From Savitreella phatthalungensis (lineage: Eukaryota), in assembly GCA_051599415.1 (NCBI GenBank), contig AP039701.1:248001-312000 (forward strand): a stretch of 64,000 nt of DNA, given 5' to 3'. This document shows, piece after piece, positions 1-10,756 of this stretch. Every line of letters starts with the position of its first letter. Position 1 is the first letter of the stretch. Both the position numbers and the translations under genes were made by a program. The notes below the pieces were generated by a model that saw only the letters and a list, made by a program, of their open reading frames with translations, was not told the origin of the DNA and did no database searches.

Positions 1-128
1 TCCGCTAGCTCTCCACACTTTGTAGCGCGTAGCACAAAGCGTTCACACAATATACGAATACAGAATTAATGTCACGATTGCATGCATGGTTGAGGTCGAG
101 AGTGGCAAAACTCGCATAGAATCACCAG

Positions 129-1022
129 CTACTTCCAGCGCGGCTTCGCACCAGATCCTGCAGGGCTTTTGAATGTTACGAGACTAGCCGCAGCGCGCGA
201 CCCCTGTTTTATAGGTGAGCTCGGTGTCGCAGGCGCAACGGGTCTTCTAGAAGCAGGGATTGCGGAATGCCGGAGGGCGCGCTGTGGCGTGGGCATCGGT
301 CGCGTGGACAGGCACATCGAAGGTTCCTTGAACTGCGCACTCGGCGTCAGGCTCCTCGAAGGTGTGAGAAGGGGCCTTTTAATGGGACTCTTGCTGTTGA
401 GGGACAGCTCGCTCAGGGCTTGACGTAATTCGAGCGAGCTACGTCTTGCCGGCGAGCCTTTCGGATTATCCGGAGGTAAACGAGAGAGCACGCGTTTCGA
501 CAGCGCTGAAGCGTAGTCGACACGCAGGTCACGCGACTCCCGCTCTAAAGCCTTCAGACGAGGAGCAATCTCGCTCAAGTGCTCTGCCACCATGGACTCC
601 ATCGTGCTGTCATACTCAATCTCGTGGTGTATCGAAGAGGTGTGTAAGGTTTTCCTGCAGGCCGGATTACTGGCTACCGCGGGTTGGTCAGCCATCGAAG
701 CCATACCACTGCTCGTGCCGGCGTGACCGCGAGATTTCGTCTGCCAAGTCGCCGACGAGGCGAGCCGGCTGTTCAGGGATCGCTCAGGAGCGTCAACAGC
801 CTTGATAGTGAAGAGAACGTCTAGAACAACTCGCATCTGACGCTGGACGTTTGCATGGGAGAGCAGCAAAGCAGCTGGCATCCGAGAGAAGCTTTCACAG
901 CTGAAGGCGAAGCACGGACTTGTGGCTAGGATATGCTCAACCTCGGTGAACAGTGCCTGCAGACGGCGATCGAGTGACGTTGCAGAGGCAGGTAGAGCTG
1001 TACGCTCTTTTGAGTCCTGCAT
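129..1022 (-). CDS. Hypothetical protein with coiled coil and basic Ser/Pro-rich tail; possible Kar9/MigA-like microtubule plus-end protein
   Basis: Open frame 129..1118; first ATG at 1022 (MQDSKE), true start uncertain. Helical segment RLKALERESRDLRVDY, multiple SP/TP sites, SxIP-like SAIP, ends KPRWK. Confidence 0.45.
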   Translation of the reverse strand: MQDSKERTALPASATSLDRRLQALFTEVEHILATSPCFAFSCESFSRMPAALLLSHANVQRQMRVVLDVLFTIKAVDAPERSLNSRLASSATWQTKSRGHAGTSSGMASMADQPAVASNPACRKTLHTSSIHHEIEYDSTMESMVAEHLSEIAPRLKALERESRDLRVDYASALSKRVLSRLPPDNPKGSPARRSSLELRQALSELSLNSKSPIKRPLLTPSRSLTPSAQFKEPSMCLSTRPMPTPQRALRHSAIPASRRPVAPATPSSPIKQGSRAAASLVTFKSPAGSGAKPRWK

Positions 1023-2000
1023 TGGCGCCCTATCATCGTAAAGGGCGTTGTCTTTTGCGGCCTCATCATAACAACACAGCACAATGGTCACGATACAACG
1101 ACGATGTCTCAAGTTCAAGCACGTGGAGCTGAACAGAGGTCACAGGTCACGCATGAGAGGACAGTATGTTGTGAGCATCCTGAGACTGATGAATGGAACT
1201 GTCTTGTTGTGCCCAGATGGCGGTGTATCCTGGAGAAGCTGACTCTCGGTGTACATCAAGGTTCAGCTAAAGCTCACGTGCGGGGGACTGACCGGCCGAA
1301 GCCTCAGACACTGATTTCTGACAAAGGCTCCTGACTCTTAGTACTGACATTGAGCCCATAGCTGTATCGGGACATTAATCATCAAGGACGTGTAGCCCGA
1401 GGTGAACAGTGGAGATTGCCGGTGGTTACCGCCGTTTTCTGGAGATTTTGTTGATCAACCTGCCCTGGTTCATTCAAACTTTAGCCGGACAAGGTTGAAG
1501 CTTGAGCCGCTGTCAACTTACATCGTCTGAAGATGATACACTGCAGAAGGTCAACATTGCAAGCCAATTTGTTCTATGAAGAACTGTGGTAGTACTGCTA
1601 TTCCTGAGAATGCTCCAGCTGGTTAGGAGGCTTCAGTATCCCAACTCGAACAATCACTTTTTACTCGGCAACCGGCGTCTGGTACGGAATTTGAGGGCGT
1701 TTCGCTTTAGCCGTCTGAGTTAAGGCTGGCTCGTGCTGCTGTTTATCGCTAATTAGGTCAGGTTTTACTAATAGGTCCGCGGCCTACATCATCGGTGGCC
1801 AATTGAGAGGATCACCAGAGGGCCTTCTCGATGCATCTGACCAAGGAATCCTTGAGTAAGCTACACAAGACGAAGTACAAAAGTCTATAAATTCCACACT
1901 TCCACCGTTCTGTCACGACATTCACCTGACCTGTCATCTGTCAAATCTCAACGCACGAGGTCAATCTATCTAATACAAAGCATACACGCCCATCACAGCT

Positions 2001-3023
2001 ATGAAGACAGTCATCTACGCAAAGGCGCCTGAAGGCTACCCCGTTGCCGGCGAGCACTTGAAGACCGTGGAGCGTGAGAAGCCTACGCTTGGCGATGGTG
2101 AGGTTCTGCTGAAGATGAAGTACTGCTCGATCGACCCGTACCAGCGTCCACGGATGCGCGATCCGTCAGTGAAGAGTTACTTCCCTGCGTTCCAGTACGA
2201 TGCGCCGATCGACAACCACGGTGTGGGTGAGATTGTGGAGAGCAAGAACGAGGAGAAGTTCCCTGTGGGCAAGCTGGTGTTCTGCCCCGGACTCGCATGG
2301 GCAGAGTACTCTGTGTTGCCAAAGCAGCTCCAGCCAGCGGCCAAGGTCCTCGACAATGCTCATAACATCCCACTCTCAAATTTCCTAGGTGCAGTCGGCA
2401 TGCCCGGCATGACCGCCTACACGTCCTTCTACGAGATCGGCAAGCCTCAGAAGGGCGAGACGATCTTCATCAGCGCGGCCAGCGGTGCTGTGGGACAGAT
2501 CGTTGGCCAGTTGGCCAAGCGCGAAGGACTGAGGGTGGTCGGTAGCGCCGGGAGCGACGAGAAGGTGGCGTACTTGAAGGAGATTGGGTTCGATGCCGCA
2601 TTCAACTACAAGACTGAGGAGAACAGCGAGGCCACACTGAGAAAGTACTGCCCTGACGGCATCGACATCTACTTCGACAACGTCGGTGGCAAGACCCTCG
2701 AGTCTGCAATTTCCGCCTCCAACAAACTCGGCCGCATCATCTGCTGTGGTATGATCTCCCAGTACAACCTTCCTGCTTCCGAGCTCTACGGTGTCAAGAA
2801 TTTGATGCTCCTCGTTGGTAGATCTATCACCATGCGCGGCTTCGTCGTCTCCGACTTCTGGCAGAAATACCAGACAGAGTTTTACACAAACATGGAGAAG
2901 TGGATCGCCGATGGAGATATCAAGACGCGCGAGGACATCGCACAGGGGCTTGACAACGGTATCGACCTCTTTGTCGGCATGCTCAAGGGAAAGAACTTCG
3001 GCAAGGCGATGATCGAGGTCTAG
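2001..3023 (+). CDS. NADP-dependent alkenal/prostaglandin reductase-like oxidoreductase (MDR superfamily)
   Basis: 340 aa; SIDPYQR, GMPGMTAY, SAASGAVG nucleotide-binding motif, GIDIYFDNVGG, CGMISQYN, GKNFGK; TATAAA at 1886. Confidence 0.93.
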   Translation: MKTVIYAKAPEGYPVAGEHLKTVEREKPTLGDGEVLLKMKYCSIDPYQRPRMRDPSVKSYFPAFQYDAPIDNHGVGEIVESKNEEKFPVGKLVFCPGLAWAEYSVLPKQLQPAAKVLDNAHNIPLSNFLGAVGMPGMTAYTSFYEIGKPQKGETIFISAASGAVGQIVGQLAKREGLRVVGSAGSDEKVAYLKEIGFDAAFNYKTEENSEATLRKYCPDGIDIYFDNVGGKTLESAISASNKLGRIICCGMISQYNLPASELYGVKNLMLLVGRSITMRGFVVSDFWQKYQTEFYTNMEKWIADGDIKTREDIAQGLDNGIDLFVGMLKGKNFGKAMIEV

Positions 3024-3223
3024 GTTTGCAGTCTTCTGTCACCAATAGTATAGCATTAGACACGATCTTATCTACACGGGTGGATTTTTAGACGTGCAGA
3101 AAAATGAAATGGTATCTCATGCGCGTTGAGGACTGGATTCTTTACGGCGATTCACCAGGATGACTGTTGGTTGCAAATGTATATTGCTCGAGCGTTACTC
3201 TGAGTGTCCTAGAATTTCCATCG

Positions 3224-5941
3224 TCAGCTTCTCTTGACCTCGTCTGATCGGAGACCGCACTCACTTGCAGCTTTCCAGACCTGGAATGTTCTCCAGCGCT
3301 GGTCATCGAAACCGCCTGCGTCCAGGAACGCTTCGTGCGTGTCATCAATGCCTGGCGAGAATTTGGCGTTGAAGGCGACAGTGCCAACCTTCTCAAGTAT
3401 CATGTGGTCATCAGCCTGAGAGACGACATTCTGGGTAAGTCGGTCTGGGTTGTCGGTTTTGTAGACCGGCAGTTCGAAATGCGTGTTCTCCCCATCGACA
3501 AGCTTGAAGAGCCACAAGACAGCGTACTGCTTGTCCTTAAGAAGCGAGGAGAACTCAAGCACAACAGGCGACAGGTATCTGTACAGGACCGGGATGTGGG
3601 ACAAAGGCTTTTCGAGCTCCCACTCGTGGAAATGCGCGCCCTTTAGATTGCGTTTTGCTCCAGAAGCTCGGACCTTGAGCTTTTGCGTGTTCACGTTACC
3701 GGCTACCTTGATAGATGATGTGAAGGTGAATGTGCCTGCGGAAAAGCCGAGCAGATTCTTGTCCAACTTAGTGGCAACGGATCGGAAAATGAGGCCAAGT
3801 CGCATTCTGCCCGTGCCACAGCCACCGCGCAGGTCATAGAATCGAACGAGCGAGGAAGACTCGGTGAAGACCTCCGAGAGCTTCAAGACAACAACACCGA
3901 CGAGGACATCGTCCTCATGCTTCCGCGTGTCCCAGACACCGATCGTGACAGTCGCAAGGCGCCAATCCCGGATGAATTGCTCAGTGGTGGAGTTGAAAGT
4001 CGGTGCGGAAGTGATTGACTTGACCCGCGTACCGTAGATGTATCGGTCGTTCAGATGAGCTGTGCAGTAGAGAGATGGGACGTATTCAATGTGTTCCATT
4101 TCGCCATCATCGTCCTCTCCGTCGCTGTCCTGCGTCTGCACCTTGACCTGGCCCATCGATTTCTTCGGTGGATTGTTGACCTTGACATTTATACATTGAT
4201 GAATCGTCAGCCCTAGGATGCCTGTAGGTGTTTCCGAGTCGGGAACTGTGTTGAGTGCTGTGGGCTTCGCTTTCTCGCCTGTGCGCTGTCCTCGATGGTC
4301 CTTGGCGTCCATTCGCTCCGTACGATGCTTCTCGTGGAACTCCGTCTTCTCAAAGTAGCCGATCTCCCACTCAAGGATACCCTCTGCGTCTGTGCCGGCG
4401 ACATCGCCTTGCAGTTGATCCTTCCGCTTGTGCATCTTTCCAGGCTTCATGACGAGGTCTAGCAAGGGGAATTCCACAGAGCCGGCGATATCGTCAGACC
4501 CCATCGTGTCGCTATCCCACAGACGGAGTAGGACGTTCTCCTTGCGCTTGATGTGCTCTGCGGAGATCATGATTACAGCAGACTCCTCCCAAACGGGGTT
4601 GCGATCTCCCTTGATGATCCGCGTGGCGTACATCGGCTTTTCATATTTTGAGAATGCAATCGTGAGATATGGATCGGCTCCTGGACCACGAGTGTCCTGG
4701 CGCGCCAGCTTAATCGCCCTGTGTATCTTGACGATCAGCAAGCCTGTTGCCGTAGTCTCCTCACGCTCGTCGGACCCGCCGATGTAGACTGTCATATCGA
4801 GCGACATACTCTTCGGCTGCACAAAGTCCGCGGCGGCCTTGTCGATTTGCGACTTGAGTACAGAGTCAATGATGGGGAGATTGAGCAAGTCAAATGCCCA
4901 CGGCACGCCAATTGAGACAGACGAGTCAACCCGCGGAGGCTCGGTCAAGGCAAATGTGACATTCTTGAGGAATGGCAGGTCGGGGTGCATCTGAAGTCTG
5001 AGACGGATGGTGGCGACAAACTCGTTCACAACCACGAAGATCGGCAGTGGACCGGCGAGGATGTCGATGTGCATGTGCAATTTCCGATCGACATTCGGAC
5101 GAGCATGGTAGGCGACAGCGATCTCGAGGTTGTAAAAGATACCACCCTCTTCGCGCTCGATTGCCTTTTCTCGCGCTTTACGATCCGCAAGAGATGATTC
5201 GCGGTCGATGCCGTGAGCCGGCACAAGCGCGCCGAACTCCTCATCCGGCAGTGATCGCATCGAAAGCACGCGGACTGGTGAGACACCGTGACCGAGCTCG
5301 ACGATCTTGGCAGGTCCATATCCCTTGATGACGTCGTTGGCCTGGGAGGCAATGTTGTCGAAGAACTCCTGCTGTAAAGTTGCCCATAATGTGGCAGTCA
5401 GGGTGTTCATCCATTCGACGCTTTCCGGCACAAACTTGAGCTTTTCCACCTTCGGTGGCGTCTGGTCGTACTCAATCTCTTTCTGCACAACACTCTCAAG
5501 CACAAAATACACCCCAGCAGCAACTCCACTGGCTGGAAACGTCGATTTGAGAATGGCCCTCCAGCCTCCACCGATAAGGAGCAGATTCAAGACCATGATT
5601 GCTCCAAAGACAACGTAGCAGATGAGCAGAGTATCCTTTTGGAGGACCTTGATGACCTTGCCGAAGTCGACATCAGGTGTCGGGTGGAGAAGGACATTTG
5701 ACTTTTCGGCTCCGATAGGTACATCGTCCGTGGCACCTGCTCGAGTGGATGCTAGGATTGGAGCGTCGGCGAGACCGTCTGACTGCTTGACTGCCGATGA
5801 AGACGACTCCTTTTGAGCTGCAATGTTCTCCTCTTTCAGCTTCTCATGTCTGCGGAAGTCTTGCACGTTTGGTGGTGGGTTTCTCTCTGAGTAAGGAGCA
5901 CCGTATTGTTTTGGCTCTGGCAGATCGTTCACGTCTGCCAT
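3224..5941 (-). CDS. SMP/C2-domain membrane protein (Mug190/tricalbin-like), shorter paralog
   Basis: 905 aa; two N-terminal hydrophobic helices, PESVEWMN start of SMP-like domain, C2 motifs (ADPYLTIAF, NPVWEE, LRLWDSD); colinear with the 7159 gene. Confidence 0.88.
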   Translation of the reverse strand: MADVNDLPEPKQYGAPYSERNPPPNVQDFRRHEKLKEENIAAQKESSSSAVKQSDGLADAPILASTRAGATDDVPIGAEKSNVLLHPTPDVDFGKVIKVLQKDTLLICYVVFGAIMVLNLLLIGGGWRAILKSTFPASGVAAGVYFVLESVVQKEIEYDQTPPKVEKLKFVPESVEWMNTLTATLWATLQQEFFDNIASQANDVIKGYGPAKIVELGHGVSPVRVLSMRSLPDEEFGALVPAHGIDRESSLADRKAREKAIEREEGGIFYNLEIAVAYHARPNVDRKLHMHIDILAGPLPIFVVVNEFVATIRLRLQMHPDLPFLKNVTFALTEPPRVDSSVSIGVPWAFDLLNLPIIDSVLKSQIDKAAADFVQPKSMSLDMTVYIGGSDEREETTATGLLIVKIHRAIKLARQDTRGPGADPYLTIAFSKYEKPMYATRIIKGDRNPVWEESAVIMISAEHIKRKENVLLRLWDSDTMGSDDIAGSVEFPLLDLVMKPGKMHKRKDQLQGDVAGTDAEGILEWEIGYFEKTEFHEKHRTERMDAKDHRGQRTGEKAKPTALNTVPDSETPTGILGLTIHQCINVKVNNPPKKSMGQVKVQTQDSDGEDDDGEMEHIEYVPSLYCTAHLNDRYIYGTRVKSITSAPTFNSTTEQFIRDWRLATVTIGVWDTRKHEDDVLVGVVVLKLSEVFTESSSLVRFYDLRGGCGTGRMRLGLIFRSVATKLDKNLLGFSAGTFTFTSSIKVAGNVNTQKLKVRASGAKRNLKGAHFHEWELEKPLSHIPVLYRYLSPVVLEFSSLLKDKQYAVLWLFKLVDGENTHFELPVYKTDNPDRLTQNVVSQADDHMILEKVGTVAFNAKFSPGIDDTHEAFLDAGGFDDQRWRTFQVWKAASECGLRSDEVKRS

Positions 5942-7158
5942 GACAAGAGCTGTCGAATTGAAGGCTAACCAAGGCTATCTGCAGAGGAAAGAGTATGCGG
6001 AAGTCGATTGAAACGGAGGAGAAGTGTCAGAAGACGTGTATATCGTTGAAGTGTCTACCCAGACTTCCCCTCACGACCTTGATGTCGTTCGATGGGTGAA
6101 CGAGAGAAGCTGCCTACTCTCAGCTTTGGGATTAATAACTTGCAGACTTGCAAATCTGCTTTATCTACTGGACTCTAGTCGACTTCTGCACTGTAGTCGA
6201 CACGGTATCCTTGGACAATGGTGATGGATGATGATGCTGTTACCGTGGATGTAGTTGGTATACCCTTGCCAGTCGGAACTAAGTCATTCAAGCCAAGATC
6301 ACTCGACCGCGTCCACTACAAATATCACTGATTTACAGCTTCTCTCAGCCTCGATAGGTTAGTTCAAAATCGACTCTGTATTAGACTGAGTGAAATTTGG
6401 AGTGTGATCGGTGATTTGACCCAAGCCAGTTTCAAAACTTTCATTTTTTAGTTTTTCGTTTATCTGAAACCGAGATTGGGAAGAGTGATCTGACGTCATA
6501 TTCAACCAATTCTCACCTCAATCAGATAGGCCAATCCACTCAAGAGGCTCTACGACTGTTCATCAACCTAATCACCACTCCATTCATCCATTCCATCCTC
6601 ATCCAGCTTCTGCTCATCGACCTCTCCTCTTCATCCTTCCGTCCCGTCCATCACTTCATCCACTCCCATCATACATTCAAACCATCCACCCGTCCGTCTC
6701 TCTCACAATCAGAAGCGCTCAAAGCCAGACCAGGTAGTCTTTGGAAATCTACTTATCCCTTGTCACTGAACAGCAAGGAGGTCCGTTGAAGAGCAAGCCT
6801 GGGAGCCTTGGAAAGATCGTTTACTGTCCATGGCAGAAGCACACGTACTGGAATAGCATCATCACTAAGATTCAGCATTGGCTTTACAATCATCGTCAGC
6901 CGTGCACAGGCATTACAGGATCGTTGACTTGACCTGAAAGATCATCTTCAAGATCATCTTCATTAGCACTCTAAAAACTGGGAGAGCATCCATTTTACTC
7001 GCTAGAGAGTCAGGGTTATCGACAGCTGTGTAGCACCGGTTTTGTAGCCAGAAGCCGTGCAGCGGTCGTCTTCCCGAAGGACCGATCAACAGCCGAGCTC
7101 TATCTAAGGTCGACTTGAAGTGACGCCAAGCACTAAGTAATCTATACACGAACTTACC

Positions 7159-10100
7159 ATGGCCCCATACTCAGGTCGTAACAAGATCCCGACGATTGAG
7201 AAACTGGGTAAGGATCTCGCTCAGCGGCTCAGTCTACGATCTGGCAAAGTAGATCCTCGCAACCAGGAAGAGTACAGCAAACAAGCAGCAAAGACCCGCA
7301 GAAAGGTCGTTGACCCGACGACCAAGAACCAAGTCACAATTCAAGACGTCGATGGTGACTTTGAATCTAGTATCAGACGGCCGAAGATCACCGTTCCGAA
7401 GGCAAACATTGATCCCACGAATGCTCCAGAGGTCAATGACTTGCCAGGTGTGCCTGGACCTCATCTGCCACAGGGCTCTGACGAGGAGTATCGTGAAACG
7501 CTTGATGACCTCGCACCGCCAGAAGCCAATCCTGACAAGACAGCAGATCTACTCCACCACAGCAAAAATCACACAGTCCTCTATCATCCACTGCCACTTG
7601 CGGACCTCGACCGCGTCTTCAAATCGATGGACCAGGCAATGATCAGGAGCAGTCTGGTAGTCACAGCAGGGCTTGTCACTCTCAACTGGCTCTTCGTCGG
7701 TGGTGGCTTCAAGGGCATCATTGCGAGTCTTCTCGCCTCGATCATCATCTCATCTGCACTGCACCTCTTCCTGCGCAATATGCAGGCCTCCGCAAACGCA
7801 ATCAACTGGCAAGCAGACAAAATGCGTGCGAAGGCTGCTACAGAATCCCTCGTACCCGAGTCCGTCGAATGGATGAACTCACTTGTGGGCATTGTGTGGA
7901 AGCTCATCAACCCAGAAATGTTCGCTGCTATGGCAGACACACTCGAGGATGTCATGCAGGCCAGTGTGCCGCAGAGCGTCATTGAGAATGTCAAAGTGAC
8001 GAGTATTGGACAGGGTGATATGCCCTTCAAGATTCTCAGTCTGCGGGCACTTCCTTCTGCCGAAGACACAGATGATCACGAGAAGACGAAGAAAGCTGAG
8101 CAGCGCGAGCTCGAGGGAGAAAATGATGACGACTACAAATACTACAACCTCGAGGCATCATTTGCATACCATGCCATCCCAGCAAAAGGAGTCATTGGCA
8201 AGGCGAAGAACATGCATTTGGAGATCGTCTTCTACCTCGGTGTCAAGGGCGTCTTCGCTGTACCGCTCCCTATCTTTGTCGAGCTCAACGGTATCATCGG
8301 CACTGTCCGTCTGCGCTTCCAGCTCACCCCAAATCCCCCTTTCCTCAAGAATGTCACTTTTACCTTCATGGGTCTGCCAAAGATTGACGCGTCGGCCATT
8401 CCGATGACCTCGCGCGGGATCAATGTTCTCGATTTGCCACTGATTGCTGGCTTTGTCAACTCCTCTATTGCAGCAGCTCTGGACGAGTATGTGGCGCCAA
8501 AGTCGCTAATCATGGACATGTCGAAGCTGCTGCAGGGCGATGCTGTGAAAAAGGACACGGACGCCCTCGGACTCATTTACATTCATGTTAAAACGGCTAC
8601 TGGCATCTCAGCACAAGATCGTAATGGCAAGAGCGATCCATTCGTTACACTGGCATTCGATAAGCCTGCTTACTGCACGCGTATCATCGAACAAGAGCTT
8701 AACCCGAGCTGGAACGAGCAGGTCTGTTTGCCAATCTACCAGGAACAGTTAGTCGCTGGTGAGAAGCTCAAGGTGGAGCTGTGGGACTCTGACAAGGTGA
8801 CATCGGACGACGTCGTCGGTAAAATTGACTTTGATATCCGCGAGCTGATCCGCGACTACACTGGCAAAATCTGTGAGCGCCATGACACTCTCAAAGATGC
8901 TGATGGGAAGGAGCTCCCGGGTCTACTGCATTGGGACATCGGCTACTTCCCGAAAAGCGCCTTCAAGGCATCGATGCGTACACATGGTCTGGACACGTCC
9001 CTGCCGAAAGCGCTTCGAGAAAAGGATGAGTTCAAGGACGATCGGGGTGTGATCAATACTCAAGGCGAAGCTGACGTCGTCAGTATACCACCGGATCCCA
9101 CGCTTCCGTCAGGTATCTGCACTTTACTCATTCACCAGATTGAGAATCTGGAAGTGCATCGAGCGAGCGGCACATTCGGCAGTTACGAACCATGGACGCC
9201 AGCCCAGCAGGTCGGCGAGAACACAGACGAAGAAGGAGGCAATCTGCCAAGCAGCTACTGCACGATTCTTTGCAATGACGAACTCGTATTCAAGACGCGT
9301 ACCAAGGTCAAGTCGTCGAAGCCAATCTTTAACGCTCAGACGGAGCGATTCATCCGCGACTGGCGCAGTGCCGTTTTCACGGTCAGTTGTCGAAATCAGA
9401 CGCATCGAGAACACGATTCACTGATCGGGTCTGTAACGATCAAGCTATCTGAGGTTCTGAGGACCTCTTCTCAGACGACAGCGTACTACGCCCTCGACGG
9501 AGGCATGGGGTACGGTAGACTGCTGGTATCCGTCCTTTTCCGGTCGGTTGACGTCAAGTTGCCACCGAATCTTCTCGGCTACAACGTTGGCTCGGTTGAG
9601 ATTCTCGGTGACCACGTACAGGTCACTGGCGATGCCCTCAAGGGCTGTTCGATCCGCGTTAAGACGGATGTCGGGAAGGACACGATCCACGCACACTGGG
9701 CTACCGACCAGAAGTACGACCTCAGGCGAGTAGCACCAGATCTTCAGCGTCGTCGCCTTCTCCTGCCCGTCAAGCAACGATACCAGACGAGCATCCGATT
9801 CGAGTTCAAGTACTCCGGCAAGACGATTGCGTACGGCCTGTACTGGCTTTGCGACCTGGTGGACAACAACGAGACGGTGATCGAGGTGCCGGTATACAAG
9901 ACACCGATGGCGAAGCAGATGACGCAGAACTACATCTCCAACATCGATCGCGACAAGATCGAAGCTGACAAGGTCGGTAGGCTGTATATCACTCTGCGCT
10001 TCAAGATGGGCTTGGACGAGTCACATGCGGAGCGCATGCGTATCGGCAATGACGACCGCGAGACCTTCGAAACATGGCAGTCTGCGATCGCGGAAGGCTA

Positions 10101-10638
10101 CCGCACGCATCTCGTCAAGCGCCAGACTCCAGACACTGTGAAAGAGCTTCATAAGGAAGGCAAGATCACAGGTGACGTCGCGTACTCGACTGACCCAGAC
10201 GCCGGCGCCGGTCAAGGTGACGAAGAGGACGGCGATGCAGATGACGTTCCACGAATCCCGCGATTCAAGCCTGGTGTCGAGCACGAGATTGACGACTACC
10301 GCGAGACGTCGACCGGGGAGCAACTAGCTCGAGCATTTGGCGAGTTGAAGGACTACGCCAGTGAGAAATCATACGCCTCAGATGACCCAGACTCGCTCGA
10401 GATCCAAGAAGACTACACTGACGAGGAGATTGATGACGACGTCCTGAAGAAACGTCGCCAGCGTCAAGACAAGAAAGCCCAGAAAGCAGAACTCCACCGA
10501 AAACAAAGAGGCTTCATGCATCTCAAACCAGTCAGAAATCTGAAGTTCATCAAGGACGAGACCCGAGTATTGGGTCATAAGATCAAGAACAGATTCTCGA
10601 TGACAGGTCGTGAGCCTGGAGTGGAGACCGAGATTTAG
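7159..10638 (+). CDS. SMP/C2-domain membrane protein (Mug190-like)
   Basis: 1159 aa; MAPYSGRNKIPTI and RKVVDPTT N-terminus, TM hairpin, PESVEWMN, C2 domains (SDPFVTL, LNPSWNE, LWDSD), C-terminal ELHRKQRG...REPGVETEI as I recall for the Mug190 family. Confidence 0.9.
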   Translation: MAPYSGRNKIPTIEKLGKDLAQRLSLRSGKVDPRNQEEYSKQAAKTRRKVVDPTTKNQVTIQDVDGDFESSIRRPKITVPKANIDPTNAPEVNDLPGVPGPHLPQGSDEEYRETLDDLAPPEANPDKTADLLHHSKNHTVLYHPLPLADLDRVFKSMDQAMIRSSLVVTAGLVTLNWLFVGGGFKGIIASLLASIIISSALHLFLRNMQASANAINWQADKMRAKAATESLVPESVEWMNSLVGIVWKLINPEMFAAMADTLEDVMQASVPQSVIENVKVTSIGQGDMPFKILSLRALPSAEDTDDHEKTKKAEQRELEGENDDDYKYYNLEASFAYHAIPAKGVIGKAKNMHLEIVFYLGVKGVFAVPLPIFVELNGIIGTVRLRFQLTPNPPFLKNVTFTFMGLPKIDASAIPMTSRGINVLDLPLIAGFVNSSIAAALDEYVAPKSLIMDMSKLLQGDAVKKDTDALGLIYIHVKTATGISAQDRNGKSDPFVTLAFDKPAYCTRIIEQELNPSWNEQVCLPIYQEQLVAGEKLKVELWDSDKVTSDDVVGKIDFDIRELIRDYTGKICERHDTLKDADGKELPGLLHWDIGYFPKSAFKASMRTHGLDTSLPKALREKDEFKDDRGVINTQGEADVVSIPPDPTLPSGICTLLIHQIENLEVHRASGTFGSYEPWTPAQQVGENTDEEGGNLPSSYCTILCNDELVFKTRTKVKSSKPIFNAQTERFIRDWRSAVFTVSCRNQTHREHDSLIGSVTIKLSEVLRTSSQTTAYYALDGGMGYGRLLVSVLFRSVDVKLPPNLLGYNVGSVEILGDHVQVTGDALKGCSIRVKTDVGKDTIHAHWATDQKYDLRRVAPDLQRRRLLLPVKQRYQTSIRFEFKYSGKTIAYGLYWLCDLVDNNETVIEVPVYKTPMAKQMTQNYISNIDRDKIEADKVGRLYITLRFKMGLDESHAERMRIGNDDRETFETWQSAIAEGYRTHLVKRQTPDTVKELHKEGKITGDVAYSTDPDAGAGQGDEEDGDADDVPRIPRFKPGVEHEIDDYRETSTGEQLARAFGELKDYASEKSYASDDPDSLEIQEDYTDEEIDDDVLKKRRQRQDKKAQKAELHRKQRGFMHLKPVRNLKFIKDETRVLGHKIKNRFSMTGREPGVETEI

Positions 10639-10756
10639 TGGGGGGTTTTCAATCTGCAGGTGACGCACGCGCACAGGTATCGTTGCAATCAATGAATGGC
10701 ATATTATATGTATTTGGAAGGCCATGACGTGCACTTGGAGCTAGACAGTATAATCT

